From positions 1 through 34,358 of the forward strand of contig DYMC01000002.1 in the NCBI GenBank assembly GCA_020721745.1: a stretch of 34,358 bases of DNA. Direction: 5' to 3'. Below are positions 7,532-17,550 of the stretch, piece after piece. The notes beneath the pieces are model-generated. The model did no database searches. It was not told where the DNA came from and was given only the letters and a program-made list of their open reading frames with translations. A program made the translations under genes and the position numbers. This DNA comes from Lentisphaera sp. (GTDB lineage: Bacteria; Verrucomicrobiota; Lentisphaeria; Victivallales; GWF2-50-93). Numbering within the stretch: the stretch's first letter is position 1; each line of letters starts with the position of its first letter.

Positions 7532-8441
7532 GAATACGGGCCAAGCGCAAGCAGCCCCTCAAACGGCCAAAACCCCTGAAGAGGCGATTTTGGGCCTTCT
7601 TGGCGACGAGGAGGAGCCAGAAGAGAAGCCGGAAAATGAGCAGGAAGAACCACAAGATGAAGAAGAGCCCGAAGAAAAGCCGGAAGGCGAATCCGAAGGC
7701 GAACAAGAGAAAGAGCCCTCTTACAAGGTCAAAATCGACGGCGAAGAAATAGAAGTCCCGCTATCGGAGCTGACCAAGGGCTATCAGCGTCAGGCCGATT
7801 ATACGAGGAAGACGCAGAAGATTGCAGAGGAACGCCGGCGAATTCAGCAGGAGCTCGAGACAGTGACCCAGGAGCGGGTGAAATATTCTTCCGCTCTTGA
7901 GACGCTGGAAAAGCAACTTTCCGGACCGGAGCCGGATTGGGAAACATTGAAGCTTCAGGATCCCGTCCGGTTTGCGGATGAATTCACGGCGTATCATCGT
8001 CGTAAACAGGCTCTGGAGGCTATTAAGAAAGAGCAGGAAGCCGTCCAGAAGTTGGCCGAACTTCAGCAGCAGGCCGTTCTTGAGCGTCGTCTTGCTGAGG
8101 AAAAGGAGCTGTTGACGTCGGCCATTCCAGAGTGGGTTGATAAGGAGAGAGCGGACAAAGAGCGTGAAGCTCTTGTCGAATATGGCCGAAAAGCGGGGTT
8201 CTCGGATGAGGAGCTCAGCCAGATCTATGATCACCGTGCTGTTGTCCTCCTCCGGAAAGCTTGGTTGTATGACCAGGCCCGGGAACAAGCCGAACAGACC
8301 AAGAAATCCGCTCCGAAAGTAAAAACCGCACAACCTGGGACTGCTCAACTGAAACAAACACGTGTCAAGGAGGCGCGTGCAAGGTTGACTAAAACTGGAT
8401 CGCTGGAGGATGCTGCAGCGGTTCTGGAATCCATGTTGTGA
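7524..8441 (+). CDS. Scaffolding protein
   Basis: Sits between portal and capsid genes. Acidic E/P-rich N-terminus (EEPEEKPENEQEEPQDEEEPEEKPE), then long charged helical sequence. I place the start at ATG 7524 (AGGAGG 7511-7516) rather than the track start at 7491. Confidence 0.7.
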   Translation: MPENTGQAQAAPQTAKTPEEAILGLLGDEEEPEEKPENEQEEPQDEEEPEEKPEGESEGEQEKEPSYKVKIDGEEIEVPLSELTKGYQRQADYTRKTQKIAEERRRIQQELETVTQERVKYSSALETLEKQLSGPEPDWETLKLQDPVRFADEFTAYHRRKQALEAIKKEQEAVQKLAELQQQAVLERRLAEEKELLTSAIPEWVDKERADKEREALVEYGRKAGFSDEELSQIYDHRAVVLLRKAWLYDQAREQAEQTKKSAPKVKTAQPGTAQLKQTRVKEARARLTKTGSLEDAAAVLESML

Positions 8442-8452
8442 GGTAACCAAAA

Positions 8453-9406
8453 ATGGCTATTGTTTCGAACACCTATCTGACTTACGATGCCAAGGGCATT
8501 CGTGAAGATTTGGCGGATGTTATTTATAACATTTCGCCCGAGGAAACTCCTTTCTTTACTCTGTGCAAGAAGTATGACGCGAAGCAGACGCTCCATGAAT
8601 GGCAGACGGATGCTCTCGCGTCCCCCGATACGAGTAACGCTCATTTGGAAGGTGATGAGGCGACCTTCTCCGCCGTCACGCCGACCGCGCGTATCGGTAA
8701 TTATGCGCAGATCAGCCGTAAGACTGTGATCATCTCCGGTACGGAGGAGGTGGTCAATAAGGCTGGCCGGAAGAGTGAGCTTGCTTACCAGCTTGCAAAG
8801 CTTTCCGCCGAGCTGAAGCGCGATATGGAAGCCATCGCTCTTGCGAATCAGGGCGCGGCGGCTGGAAACTCTACTACGGCACGGAAGACCGGTGCGGTTT
8901 TGGCCTTTATCAAGACCAACGTGAACAAGGAAGCTACCGGTGCTAACCCTTCTTGGACCACTATTCCTACCGGCACACGTACTGATGGGGCTACCCGGGC
9001 TTTCACAGAGGCGATCCTTAAAGACGTCATCCTGCAAGTCTACAATTCCGGTGGCACGCCTAAAGTGCTGATGGTTCCTCCCGCCCAAAAGCAGGTTGCT
9101 TCCACCTTCACCGGCATTGCTTCGACCCGCTTCAACGTCGCCGGTGCTAAGCCGGCTACGATCATCGGCGCTGCCGACATCTATGTCTCCGACTTTGGCA
9201 ACGTCGAGATCGTTCCGAACCGGTTCATGCGCTCCCGGGACGCCTTGGTCCTCGACCCACGCTATTGTGGCGTCTTCTATCTCCGTCCGTTCAAGCAGGA
9301 AGCCCTTGCGAAGACGGGCGACGCCGAGAAGAGGCAGCTGCTCGTGGAGTGGGGCCTTCGGATTGGCAATGAGGCGGCTCTTGGTTTGGCTGCTGACTTG
9401 TCGTAA
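8453..9406 (+). CDS. Major capsid protein (DUF5309/SU10-like HK97-fold family)
   Basis: 317 aa after the scaffold gene. YDAKGIREDLADVIYNISPEETPF...KQTLHEWQTDAL...ARIGNYAQI matches the capsid family I recognise. Followed by a strong hairpin. Confidence 0.85.
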   Translation: MAIVSNTYLTYDAKGIREDLADVIYNISPEETPFFTLCKKYDAKQTLHEWQTDALASPDTSNAHLEGDEATFSAVTPTARIGNYAQISRKTVIISGTEEVVNKAGRKSELAYQLAKLSAELKRDMEAIALANQGAAAGNSTTARKTGAVLAFIKTNVNKEATGANPSWTTIPTGTRTDGATRAFTEAILKDVILQVYNSGGTPKVLMVPPAQKQVASTFTGIASTRFNVAGAKPATIIGAADIYVSDFGNVEIVPNRFMRSRDALVLDPRYCGVFYLRPFKQEALAKTGDAEKRQLLVEWGLRIGNEAALGLAADLS

Positions 9407-9416
9407 CCTGATCTGA

Positions 9417-9448
9417 GGGGAAGGGGCCCGGTCCCCTTCCCCTCCTTT
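9417..9448 (+). terminator. Hairpin terminator/attenuator after the capsid gene
   Basis: GGGGAAGGGG (9417-9426), loop CCCGGT, CCCCTTCCCC (9433-9442): a perfect 10-bp stem. It is followed by TCCTTT, which is a weak T tract. Confidence 0.6.
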
Positions 9449-9457
9449 GAAACTGAT

Positions 9458-9769
9458 ATGATTTCTAAGATTTTTAAGAAAGATCCGGAAACACAGACAG
9501 AAACTTGGCACCACTATGATCCTGATACCGATAAGGTGACTCTAGAGGTGCGCCAGGTTGTAGATCATATCGCCGAATCGAACGAGGCAGAGAGGAACAG
9601 CTACTCATCTTTCGATAAGTTCGGCGAGATGAGAAAAGTCGCTTCGATTCCGCTGAACGTCTATTATGACCTGAAACGGAAGGGCATCATCGACGATCCG
9701 GCGGAATTCAAGAAATGGTTGAACAGTTCAGAAAATAAAATTTTCCGAACGTTTCCTAAGACGATCTGA
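9458..9769 (+). CDS. Conserved-looking hypothetical phage protein (103 aa)
   Basis: ORF directly after the capsid terminator. VASIPLNVYYDLKRKGI...FKKWLNSSENKIFRTF looks like small proteins seen next to capsid genes. Function unknown. Confidence 0.55.
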   Translation: MISKIFKKDPETQTETWHHYDPDTDKVTLEVRQVVDHIAESNEAERNSYSSFDKFGEMRKVASIPLNVYYDLKRKGIIDDPAEFKKWLNSSENKIFRTFPKTI

Positions 9770-10386
9770 TGACATACCCAGAATTGAAAGTCGCCATTGC
9801 CGACTGGCTCAACCGGTCGGATTTGATTACGTCCATCCCTCTCTTCATCCAGATGGCGGAGACGGAGCTCAACCGCAAGGTCCGGACGCGCAATATGGAG
9901 TCTACGCAGAGCCTGTCCACCACCTCCGATACTCTTTCACTTCCGTCGGACTTCTTGGAGCCGATTGAGGCCTATATCGTCGACCAGACTGGCCGCCGGC
10001 GTCCGTTGCAGTTCGTAACCCCTCTTCAGTTCCAGCAACACAAGAATTCCCACATTACAACGGGGATCCCTGCGGTGGCCCTTGTTCAGGGCAGTTCGCT
10101 CTTGCTTTCGCCGGCACCGCAGACCAGCTTTAACGGGGAACTGCTGTATTATGCCAGCATCCCCGCTTTGTCTGATTCCAACCCGACGAATTGGCTGATC
10201 CAGAAGTATCCCGATCTCTATCTATACACGTCCTTAATGCATTCGGCTCCGTTTCTTCACGATGATGAACGATTGCCTATCTGGTCGAGCAAGGTTAGCG
10301 CTGTTTTGACGGAGATTCATAGTGCGGATGAATTCTCGAAGTATGGCTCTTCAAACTTGGCGGCTTCGCCTGGGTTGGCTTGGTAG
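9769..10386 (+). CDS. Head-to-tail adaptor protein
   Basis: 205 aa. The N-terminus TYPELKVAIADWLNRSDLITSIPLFIQMAETELNRKVRTRNME is the signature I associate with the phage adaptor family. Its position after the head genes fits. Confidence 0.55.
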   Translation: MTYPELKVAIADWLNRSDLITSIPLFIQMAETELNRKVRTRNMESTQSLSTTSDTLSLPSDFLEPIEAYIVDQTGRRRPLQFVTPLQFQQHKNSHITTGIPAVALVQGSSLLLSPAPQTSFNGELLYYASIPALSDSNPTNWLIQKYPDLYLYTSLMHSAPFLHDDERLPIWSSKVSAVLTEIHSADEFSKYGSSNLAASPGLAW

Positions 10387-10398
10387 GAGGAAAAAGGT

Positions 10399-11823
10399 GT
10401 GGCCTACACCACGCTCGATGTTGTCCCGGGGTTCATCTCGAATCCAACGCCATACTCAACCGGACTCCGGTGGAGGCAGGGGAACCTTGTCCGCTGGCAT
10501 GAAGGAATTCTCCTTCCTATCGGAGGGTGGACAAAGTTCACAACGACCACTTTTGAGGGCGGCGCAAGGGCTCTCTTCAGCTGGCGTAAGAACGACTTTC
10601 TCCCTCAAAGCGTCGTAGGCACGCTGACGAAGCTATATGCTTACGACAATGGGTCGTGGTACGACATTACTCCGACCGGTTTGACCGCCGGCTATGCAGA
10701 CACAAACCGGTCTGCGGGCCAGTTGGCAACTACGTGGTCGTTTGCCAACTTCGGCCAGCAGTTGGTGGCGGTTCAGGACCGAGATGGACGCTTGCTGAAT
10801 TGGGCCAACAACCCTTCCAACCCGGCTACCGTAGTTTCCGCTGCACCCACCTCTCTCATTGGGACGCATGTCACTCCTGAGAGACATGTGTTTGCCGTTG
10901 GTGCTGGAGGAGATAAACGCCGGATCGATTGGTGCTCGGCGGAAGACCTTAATACTTGGACTCCGGGCCCGACAAACAGTGCCGGGTATCTCGTACTAAC
11001 GACAAACGAGACCATCAAAAGTTGGGTTCAGTTTAAGAACCTTGTCATCGTCCTGACGGAGTCCGAAGTCCACGCCATCCGGTATGTCGGGTATCCCTAC
11101 TTCTATGGCGTGGAGAAGGTCTCCTCTGGTGGGGGCGTGATGGGGTTGCATTCGGTTGTAGCTCTGGACGACAAGGTTGTTTGGATGGGACCGTCTAATT
11201 TCTACGTTTTTGATGGTGTTTTGCGACATCTTCCTTGCGCTGTTTACGATACCGTGTTTGGGGACATCAACGTTGAGCAAAGGGAGAAAATCTACGCCAG
11301 CCGCAACAAACAGTTCAACGAGGTGTGGTGGTTTTATCCAGGCTCCGGCTCCACAAGTAATTCGAAGTACGTTGTCTGGAACTATGCCATGAACATCTGG
11401 TATACGGGGGATCTAAACCGTGTCGCAATGGAAGATAGTACCATTTTTGACAACCCTTTGGCCTTGACTTCCGAAGGTGTTCTTTATAAGCATGAAGACG
11501 GTTGGACGGATAACGGAAATAAGATCGGACAGGGCCGATGGGTGAAAAGTGGTATGATGAGTATTAGCGAGGGTAATAAAGTGGTTTTCGTTCGAGGTGC
11601 TATTCCTGATCGGGATCCAAGTCGTGCTCTTGGAATCAGACTCCATATGTCGGAATGGCCGGAAGGGGGGCACGTTCAGTCATCCCGTTTGCAGGCGGCC
11701 TCTCCAAAGATGGATTTTCGAATTAGTGGGAGGCACATCCAGCTTGAGCTTGTTGGGCTGGAAGACAAGAACTGGCAGTTCGGTAATCTTCGGCTGGATG
11801 TTGTCCCAGCCGGCGGGAGGTAG
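10399..11823 (+). CDS. Virion structural protein, putative tail tube/nozzle-type
   Basis: 474 aa. GTG start with AGGAGG (10385-10390) 8 nt upstream. Beta-rich, W/G-rich sequence. Function inferred only from its position after the adaptor. Confidence 0.45.
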   Translation: MAYTTLDVVPGFISNPTPYSTGLRWRQGNLVRWHEGILLPIGGWTKFTTTTFEGGARALFSWRKNDFLPQSVVGTLTKLYAYDNGSWYDITPTGLTAGYADTNRSAGQLATTWSFANFGQQLVAVQDRDGRLLNWANNPSNPATVVSAAPTSLIGTHVTPERHVFAVGAGGDKRRIDWCSAEDLNTWTPGPTNSAGYLVLTTNETIKSWVQFKNLVIVLTESEVHAIRYVGYPYFYGVEKVSSGGGVMGLHSVVALDDKVVWMGPSNFYVFDGVLRHLPCAVYDTVFGDINVEQREKIYASRNKQFNEVWWFYPGSGSTSNSKYVVWNYAMNIWYTGDLNRVAMEDSTIFDNPLALTSEGVLYKHEDGWTDNGNKIGQGRWVKSGMMSISEGNKVVFVRGAIPDRDPSRALGIRLHMSEWPEGGHVQSSRLQAASPKMDFRISGRHIQLELVGLEDKNWQFGNLRLDVVPAGGR

Positions 11824-11825
11824 GT

Positions 11826-12044
11826 ATGAAGAGAGTTGTAGCACTTCCATCTCCTCCGATGAGTTACGATTTGTCGCATTTTAATGACGTTTATCGGCAG
11901 ATTGAAGCGTTGGATACGGCTTCCTTGAAATCGGGGACGGACATCGAATTCAAGGACAACCGTCTGATTTTGGTATCTCCAAACGGCACCAAATACAAGA
12001 TCAAGGTTTCTGATGCTGGTGCTTTGTCAACGGAGGTGGTCTGA
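11826..12044 (+). CDS. Hypothetical small virion-module protein (72 aa)
   Basis: GGGAGG upstream. Coupled to the neighbouring genes. No motif. Confidence 0.55.
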   Translation: MKRVVALPSPPMSYDLSHFNDVYRQIEALDTASLKSGTDIEFKDNRLILVSPNGTKYKIKVSDAGALSTEVV

Positions 12045-13957
12045 TGCCTACGACTAAAGTAACCGGTTCGAGCTGGACGGGGCCGGAAGAGCAAGTTCAG
12101 AATGAAGCGTGGAATAACTACAACGCATATAAGAACGCTGTCGCTCAATGGAATCCTACCTGGGAACGGCAAATCGCTCCGCTGACTGGTGCTCAGCAGA
12201 ATGCGATGGGGTTTACCGAGCACCAGCTGTCTAACAACATGTATGGGTACGGAACGCAGTATGCCCAGGCAGCAGCAAACGACGTTCTCCACTATGATCC
12301 GACGCAAATCACTTACAATCCTGCTTCCGCTGGATACGATTTCTTTGATAAATTCAAGGCTAACACGATGGACTATAACTCCATCGTGAATCAACTCCAA
12401 GTAGGGAAACTCGATCCGGCTGATTTTCTTGGTCTTGCTGCCGGTATTCAAGCTCCGTCTGTTAGTGCTGGCACAGCGAGTGGGGCCACTGCGACAGCCA
12501 TGCAAGCGACAGCCGAGCGGGCGGCGATGGCTGAACGAGCAGCCGCAGAAAAGGTCAACCGTGGCGACATCCGTGACGTGTCTACGGGTCTTGGAAAAGA
12601 CCAGCTTGCAGAATATCTCTCAGCCATTGATCCCACATTCTATGACAACGTTATGAGCGTGGCCCAGAATGAGTTGCGCCGTGCTAAGGAAATGGAGGAT
12701 GTCCGTCTTGGAGCACAAGCAGCTGCAGCCGGTGCCTTTGGTGGTGGAAGGCATGGAATTGTGGAAGCCGAAAATACACGCTCCTATCTCGATAAAGTGG
12801 CCCAGCAGTCGGCTCAACTGAATCTGGCCAAGCTCGGTTTTGCCACCGATCTCATGCAGCAGGATCTTACTCGCCAGATTCAGACGGGCGCTCTTAATCA
12901 GGCAGCTGATATCCAAACGGCGATCCGAAACGCCGAGCTTGGAACTCAGACTAATCTTACGAACGCTGATACTGCTAACAGAATCGCCATGCTGAACGCT
13001 CAATTGGGCACCCAAACCGCCCAAGAGAACGCCAGACTTGGTACACAGGCTAGCATTGCTACCGCTCAAAATATGACCCAGGCTAACATTGCTAACGCCC
13101 AGACAGCGACACAGGCTGCTATCGCTCAGGCCAACATGAAGAACGCTCTGAATTTAGCGGGAGTTCAGGGAGCTATACAGGCCGGCTTGCAGAACCAGCA
13201 AGTGGAAACGGAACTGGCCCGTCTTAGAGCAGATGCAGCTCTCAAGCAAAACGCTTTGTACGGCAGTGCGCTTAGCCAGCAGTATGCCGGTGATCTGGAT
13301 CTTGCAAAGTTCAACGCCGGCATGGATGTGAATGTTCAGCAGACTAATGAAGCGAATAGACAGAATCTACTCCAACTGGGTCTGCAAGCTGGCGACACTG
13401 TTTCCGCAGCTGCTGCCCGTCAAGCCGCTATTGACACGAATCTTGCCAACTCTTTGTTCAAGATGGGGACGGTGGAACAGAATACGAATCAAGCCGTTTG
13501 GGATCAAGAAGCATTTCGTGAGATGATGGCCGGAATGACTCCGATGATGAAACAACAAATGCTAATGAATACGTTGAGTACGATGCCCTATAAGATGGAG
13601 TCCGGTGGCCAGTCCGTAACACAGCAGGGAATTCCTTGGACTACTTATCTAGGCATGGGGTTGCAGGGTGCGGGTATGGTTTTGCCTTTCCTATCGGACG
13701 AGCGTCTCAAGAAGAACGTAAAGCCGATGAAGGGCAGCGCCGTGTCCAAGGTGAAAAAGATGAAAGGCGTTGTGTATAACTGGAAAGCCACGGGGATGCC
13801 GGATGCAGGTTTGCTAGCCCAAGATGTTGAAAAGGCCGACCCGGCTGCAGTAGTCGAAGCCGGCGGCGTAAAGATGATTAAGCCCCCAGCCGTGCTCGGG
13901 CTTTTGACGGAAGCGGTTAAGGAGCTTGATCGTAAGATCAGCAGCAGGAGGAAGTAA
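12044..13957 (+). CDS. Tail fibre/needle-like protein with C-terminal S74-type intramolecular chaperone domain
   Basis: 637 aa. Q/A/N-rich helical repeats (NAELGTQTNLTNA, NAQLGTQTAQENARLGTQASIATAQN). The C-terminus reads LSDERLKKNVKPM...GVVYNWK...GLLAQDVEKADPAAV...LGLLTEAVKELDRKI (from about 13694), which matches the autoproteolytic chaperone domain of fibres and tailspikes. Confidence 0.75.
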   Translation: MPTTKVTGSSWTGPEEQVQNEAWNNYNAYKNAVAQWNPTWERQIAPLTGAQQNAMGFTEHQLSNNMYGYGTQYAQAAANDVLHYDPTQITYNPASAGYDFFDKFKANTMDYNSIVNQLQVGKLDPADFLGLAAGIQAPSVSAGTASGATATAMQATAERAAMAERAAAEKVNRGDIRDVSTGLGKDQLAEYLSAIDPTFYDNVMSVAQNELRRAKEMEDVRLGAQAAAAGAFGGGRHGIVEAENTRSYLDKVAQQSAQLNLAKLGFATDLMQQDLTRQIQTGALNQAADIQTAIRNAELGTQTNLTNADTANRIAMLNAQLGTQTAQENARLGTQASIATAQNMTQANIANAQTATQAAIAQANMKNALNLAGVQGAIQAGLQNQQVETELARLRADAALKQNALYGSALSQQYAGDLDLAKFNAGMDVNVQQTNEANRQNLLQLGLQAGDTVSAAAARQAAIDTNLANSLFKMGTVEQNTNQAVWDQEAFREMMAGMTPMMKQQMLMNTLSTMPYKMESGGQSVTQQGIPWTTYLGMGLQGAGMVLPFLSDERLKKNVKPMKGSAVSKVKKMKGVVYNWKATGMPDAGLLAQDVEKADPAAVVEAGGVKMIKPPAVLGLLTEAVKELDRKISSRRK

Positions 13958-13958
13958 G

Positions 13959-14279
13959 ATGGACCCAGATACCCTTTTGATGCTGCAAAACTACTCGTTG
14001 CAGAATAAGAACAACCCACTTAATCCCTACGGAGACTATTCCTCTCTGTACGCTCCGAAAACACCCGGCCTGCTTGGGACCATTGGTGGCGGACTGAAGA
14101 CGATGGGATCTTCCTTGTTGCAAGCCGGTCAAAACGATTCACAGTACGCAAAGGCTGTCGCCCCGCCGGAGACCGCCGCCCATCGTTCTTCCGCTATTCC
14201 AATGGATCAGTATCTCCGATACGGCATCCTTCCCGGTGTTAACCCAAGGATTGCCGATCTCTTCTTCCGGGGGTTCTAA
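13959..14279 (+). CDS. Hypothetical protein (106 aa)
   Basis: ATG at 13959 with AGGAGG (13946-13951) 7 nt upstream. The track start at 13926 would overlap the fibre gene. Confidence 0.55.
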   Translation: MDPDTLLMLQNYSLQNKNNPLNPYGDYSSLYAPKTPGLLGTIGGGLKTMGSSLLQAGQNDSQYAKAVAPPETAAHRSSAIPMDQYLRYGILPGVNPRIADLFFRGF

Positions 14280-14282
14280 GCC

Positions 14283-15593
14283 ATGGGTCTGTTAGACGTA
14301 TTTAAGGCTATTGGACGAGGGTATGATCGCGCGGCAACCGGCGGGCTGTCTGCTCTCGTTCCCGGAGGTGTTCAGCCCGGCGAACTGACCCAGGAGCAAA
14401 GGGCTTATCTCCGTGGGGCTCTGCTGTCGTCTCTCGGCTCGATCTTCACGACTATGGGCTCGCCTGGGTCGGGTTTACCTATGCTGACTAGTATGTCGGC
14501 TCCTATCGCTGAGCCTATTGTACAGCGCCGGAACCAGGAGGCGCTTCAAAATGCGCTTGGTCAAACCAACTCAAACATTGAAAGAGCGATGATCGCCGAA
14601 CGGCTGGGGAACAAAGCTCTGGCAAAGTACTATGCTGACCTGGCCACCATGGATGCACGGAAGAATTTGCCAAAGGGCGCTCCGATTCAGGCTCTCGACG
14701 CCCAAGGCAGACCTATCTACGTTCAGCCCACAGAAGGTGGTGGTCTGAATCCTCTTCCCGAATACCGTCCTCCGGTAAAACCTGAAACCATCGATACCGG
14801 CGGGAGTGTTGCCCGGATCGATCCTTATACAGGACAGGTTGTTGGCAATCTTCAGAAAACAATCACACCGGATGCGCAAGCAAGATTAGCACAGGCGGCG
14901 AGCCAATTCGAACAGACGCTTGAAATCCAGAAAAAGCAGTTGGAAAACGACAACGCCAGGCTGGTCGAAGCGAGGATTAAAAGACTATCTAATGAGGCAA
15001 TCGCCAACCGTCAGCTCTCCCTTGGTTGGGCCCGCTTGGAAGATGATAGGATCGACAGGGAGCTTCGCAAGAACTCTCAGATGCTTACCGCCCTTCGTGA
15101 TGTGAAGAAGGACATCGACAATCTCAATGGTTTCGATTTGACACTCGAAACGATTGATAAGATGAAGAACTATCTGACCACCAAGGGCTTGCCTCTGCCG
15201 TTTTCCACCGATGCAGCCGTGTTTAGTGCTTGGTCAAAATCGGTTATCGATTCCTACCGCCTAGCTAAAGGCTACGGCGCTCTGCAGGAAGCCGAAATCA
15301 AGTTCCTCGACAAAATGTTCCCCGATCCTACTAATTTCATGAACTACCTTCGAGGCAAAGCCATTGGAAAAGGCGTGTTTATCCAGCCTCTCGAAGAGAT
15401 CAGTGCTATTCTTGCCAGAGCTAGAGACCGTATCGCCCTGCAAAAGGATCTCGTTCGTGCTCCGAACGGAAAGTACGTTCCAACCGGCTTCGCTCAGCAA
15501 TTTCTGAATCAGGCAGCCCCACAACCTGCCGCAAGGCCCCAAACACGCCTCCGTTACAATCCCGTAACCGGGAGGCTGGAGGTGGTGGAATAG
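14283..15593 (+). CDS. Hypothetical virion protein (436 aa), possible internal/ejection protein
   Basis: Long ORF in the virion arm. Hydrophobic G/S-rich N-terminus and a coiled-coil centre. No catalytic motif. Confidence 0.5.
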   Translation: MGLLDVFKAIGRGYDRAATGGLSALVPGGVQPGELTQEQRAYLRGALLSSLGSIFTTMGSPGSGLPMLTSMSAPIAEPIVQRRNQEALQNALGQTNSNIERAMIAERLGNKALAKYYADLATMDARKNLPKGAPIQALDAQGRPIYVQPTEGGGLNPLPEYRPPVKPETIDTGGSVARIDPYTGQVVGNLQKTITPDAQARLAQAASQFEQTLEIQKKQLENDNARLVEARIKRLSNEAIANRQLSLGWARLEDDRIDRELRKNSQMLTALRDVKKDIDNLNGFDLTLETIDKMKNYLTTKGLPLPFSTDAAVFSAWSKSVIDSYRLAKGYGALQEAEIKFLDKMFPDPTNFMNYLRGKAIGKGVFIQPLEEISAILARARDRIALQKDLVRAPNGKYVPTGFAQQFLNQAAPQPAARPQTRLRYNPVTGRLEVVE

Positions 15594-15594
15594 C

Positions 15595-17550
15595 ATGCCC
15601 AGAATCATTGAACTCCCGGACGGAAGGACGGTCGAGGTTCCTGACAATGTTCCCCTCGAGGAAGTTGAGAAGGCACTTCGGCAGCAGTATACCCCTCTAC
15701 AGTCCACTGCGCCGGCTCCGCAGCCCGCCGCACCGGCCCCACAACCACAGAAACCACTTGACTGGAAACAAGCCGTAGAGGGATATACCGGCTCCTATCT
15801 GCAGGGTGCTACGTTCGGATGGCTGGACGAGATCGCCGCCGGTATCCGTTCGATCATCTCCGACAAGCCGTACAACCAGATCTTACAGGAAGAACGTCAA
15901 AGGCTTGATGCCTTGCAACAGCGCCTCCCAGGCACGAAGGCGACGGAGCTTGCCGGCGCTATCGCATCCCCTGTAAATGCACTTCTACCGGGCGCTTCGG
16001 CTGGGGCATCCCTCCCCGCCCGTATGGGTCTTAGTGCTTTACAGGGTGGGGCCATGGGTGCTCTCGCTGGTCTTGGTGCTGGTGGAGAAGGACAGAAGGC
16101 GTCGACTGGTGCCCTATCTGGTCTTGCCGGTGCCGCGATTGGTGCCGCCGGCCCGCCCTTCTTCCGGACAATCGGGACAGCAGGATCATACTTGACTGAT
16201 TTGTTGAATCTTCGTGGTTTGCTCTCCAAAACTGGTGCGGTTGCTTCTCCAGAAAAAAGAGCCATGAACGTCATCAACGATTATTTGGCGATGGATCGGA
16301 CTACAGCCGGTGAAGCCGCCCGAAAGATTCAAGAAGCTAGAGAGATTGGCCGTCCGTTTACTGTCGCCGATACCGCCGGCGAGAACGTCCGGAATCTTGC
16401 TGATGCCGTGCTTTCTCAACCTTCGGCAGGGGCGGGGAAGTATATTGATCTCCTCGCCAAGAGATCGAAGGAAGAGGGCTCTCGTTTGGCCGATACTGTT
16501 CGCAATCTGGGGGCCGGTGTTCAATCTTATGCACATCGGAAGATTGAGTATAACCTCCTAAGGGCCCAGCAATTGCAACCGGCGTATGAACAGTTTTTGG
16601 ATTCTTGGAGCAAGACGAAGATTGATACTCCAAAGATTGTGAAGCTCCTGCACCGCCCCATCGGAAGAACACTATGGAGCAGAGCACAGCAGATGGCTGC
16701 AAACGAGGGCCGGAAGCTGCCGGAAGTGTATGGGCCCAACGGAGAGGTTACGGGTGTAGCTCCGGACCTTCGATCCATTGATTACATGAGAAAGGCTCTT
16801 CGTGACATGATCTATGTCGGTAAACGAACAGGCTCGTCCGGCAAAGAAGAGCGCCATATCATGATGCAGTACGAGAAAGAGCTGCTTGATGAAGTTGATA
16901 ACCTTGTGCCAGGATACCGTGATGTTCGCGAAGCATATTCTAAGGAGCTGGCCGTTCTTGATTCGGTGAAGAAAGGGGAGTCCCTCGCCAACCAGATCCA
17001 TAACTATCAGGATCTGGCCTTGGCCATTGATGAACACGAACCATCCCTTGTTCCGTATTTGATCGAGGGTATCAAAAGCGGCCTCGCCAAAAGGATGGAA
17101 GCAATGGACAGGGGCATTCCTTCCAGACTGTTGGCGGGCGGGCCGGCGAAAGAGGCCTCTCTAAGGAGGATCTATGGTTCCGATTACCCCGATCTCGCAC
17201 AGGCGATAGAAGCTGAACAGGCCATGCGCCGGACTGGCGCTACGGTTCTTGGCAACTCCCGAACGGCTAAGCGCCTGTCTCATCAAGAAGCCCTTGGGAT
17301 TGACAGCCCGCTGGCGTATGCTACGAAGTACGGTCTTATCGAACGCATGTTCCGGAACTTCCAGCAACCGATGATCAGGCGGAACGCCGATCTCCTGGCG
17401 GATCTCATGTTGGATCCAGATACGGCTTTGTCAACTGCTAGGAAAATGGAGTCCCTAAGAAGGACCATGGAAGAGGCGAACAAACGAATCCAGTACCGCT
17501 ATGGTCGAACTGGAGCCGCACTTGGATTACTGTTTGGAGGCAACGATTGA
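15595..17550 (+). CDS. Probable internal virion/ejection protein (651 aa)
   Basis: GGAGG upstream. P/A/Q linker, GATFGWLDEIAAG motif, and a long Gly/Ala glycine-zipper-like stretch (GASAGASLP...GAMGALAGLGAGG...LSGLAGAAIGAAG). Confidence 0.55.
   Translation: MPRIIELPDGRTVEVPDNVPLEEVEKALRQQYTPLQSTAPAPQPAAPAPQPQKPLDWKQAVEGYTGSYLQGATFGWLDEIAAGIRSIISDKPYNQILQEERQRLDALQQRLPGTKATELAGAIASPVNALLPGASAGASLPARMGLSALQGGAMGALAGLGAGGEGQKASTGALSGLAGAAIGAAGPPFFRTIGTAGSYLTDLLNLRGLLSKTGAVASPEKRAMNVINDYLAMDRTTAGEAARKIQEAREIGRPFTVADTAGENVRNLADAVLSQPSAGAGKYIDLLAKRSKEEGSRLADTVRNLGAGVQSYAHRKIEYNLLRAQQLQPAYEQFLDSWSKTKIDTPKIVKLLHRPIGRTLWSRAQQMAANEGRKLPEVYGPNGEVTGVAPDLRSIDYMRKALRDMIYVGKRTGSSGKEERHIMMQYEKELLDEVDNLVPGYRDVREAYSKELAVLDSVKKGESLANQIHNYQDLALAIDEHEPSLVPYLIEGIKSGLAKRMEAMDRGIPSRLLAGGPAKEASLRRIYGSDYPDLAQAIEAEQAMRRTGATVLGNSRTAKRLSHQEALGIDSPLAYATKYGLIERMFRNFQQPMIRRNADLLADLMLDPDTALSTARKMESLRRTMEEANKRIQYRYGRTGAALGLLFGGND

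Noticed and set aside
8345-9514. 389-aa minus-strand ORF antisense to the major capsid gene
   Set aside because: It lies entirely opposite a strongly supported capsid gene. The translation is R/S/G-rich junk with no SD or operon context, typical of a shadow ORF in moderately GC-rich DNA.
12044-13957. The Q/A-rich 637-aa protein as a tape measure protein
   Set aside because: It ends in an S74-type fibre chaperone domain. No tail tube, sheath or chaperone-frameshift genes accompany it.
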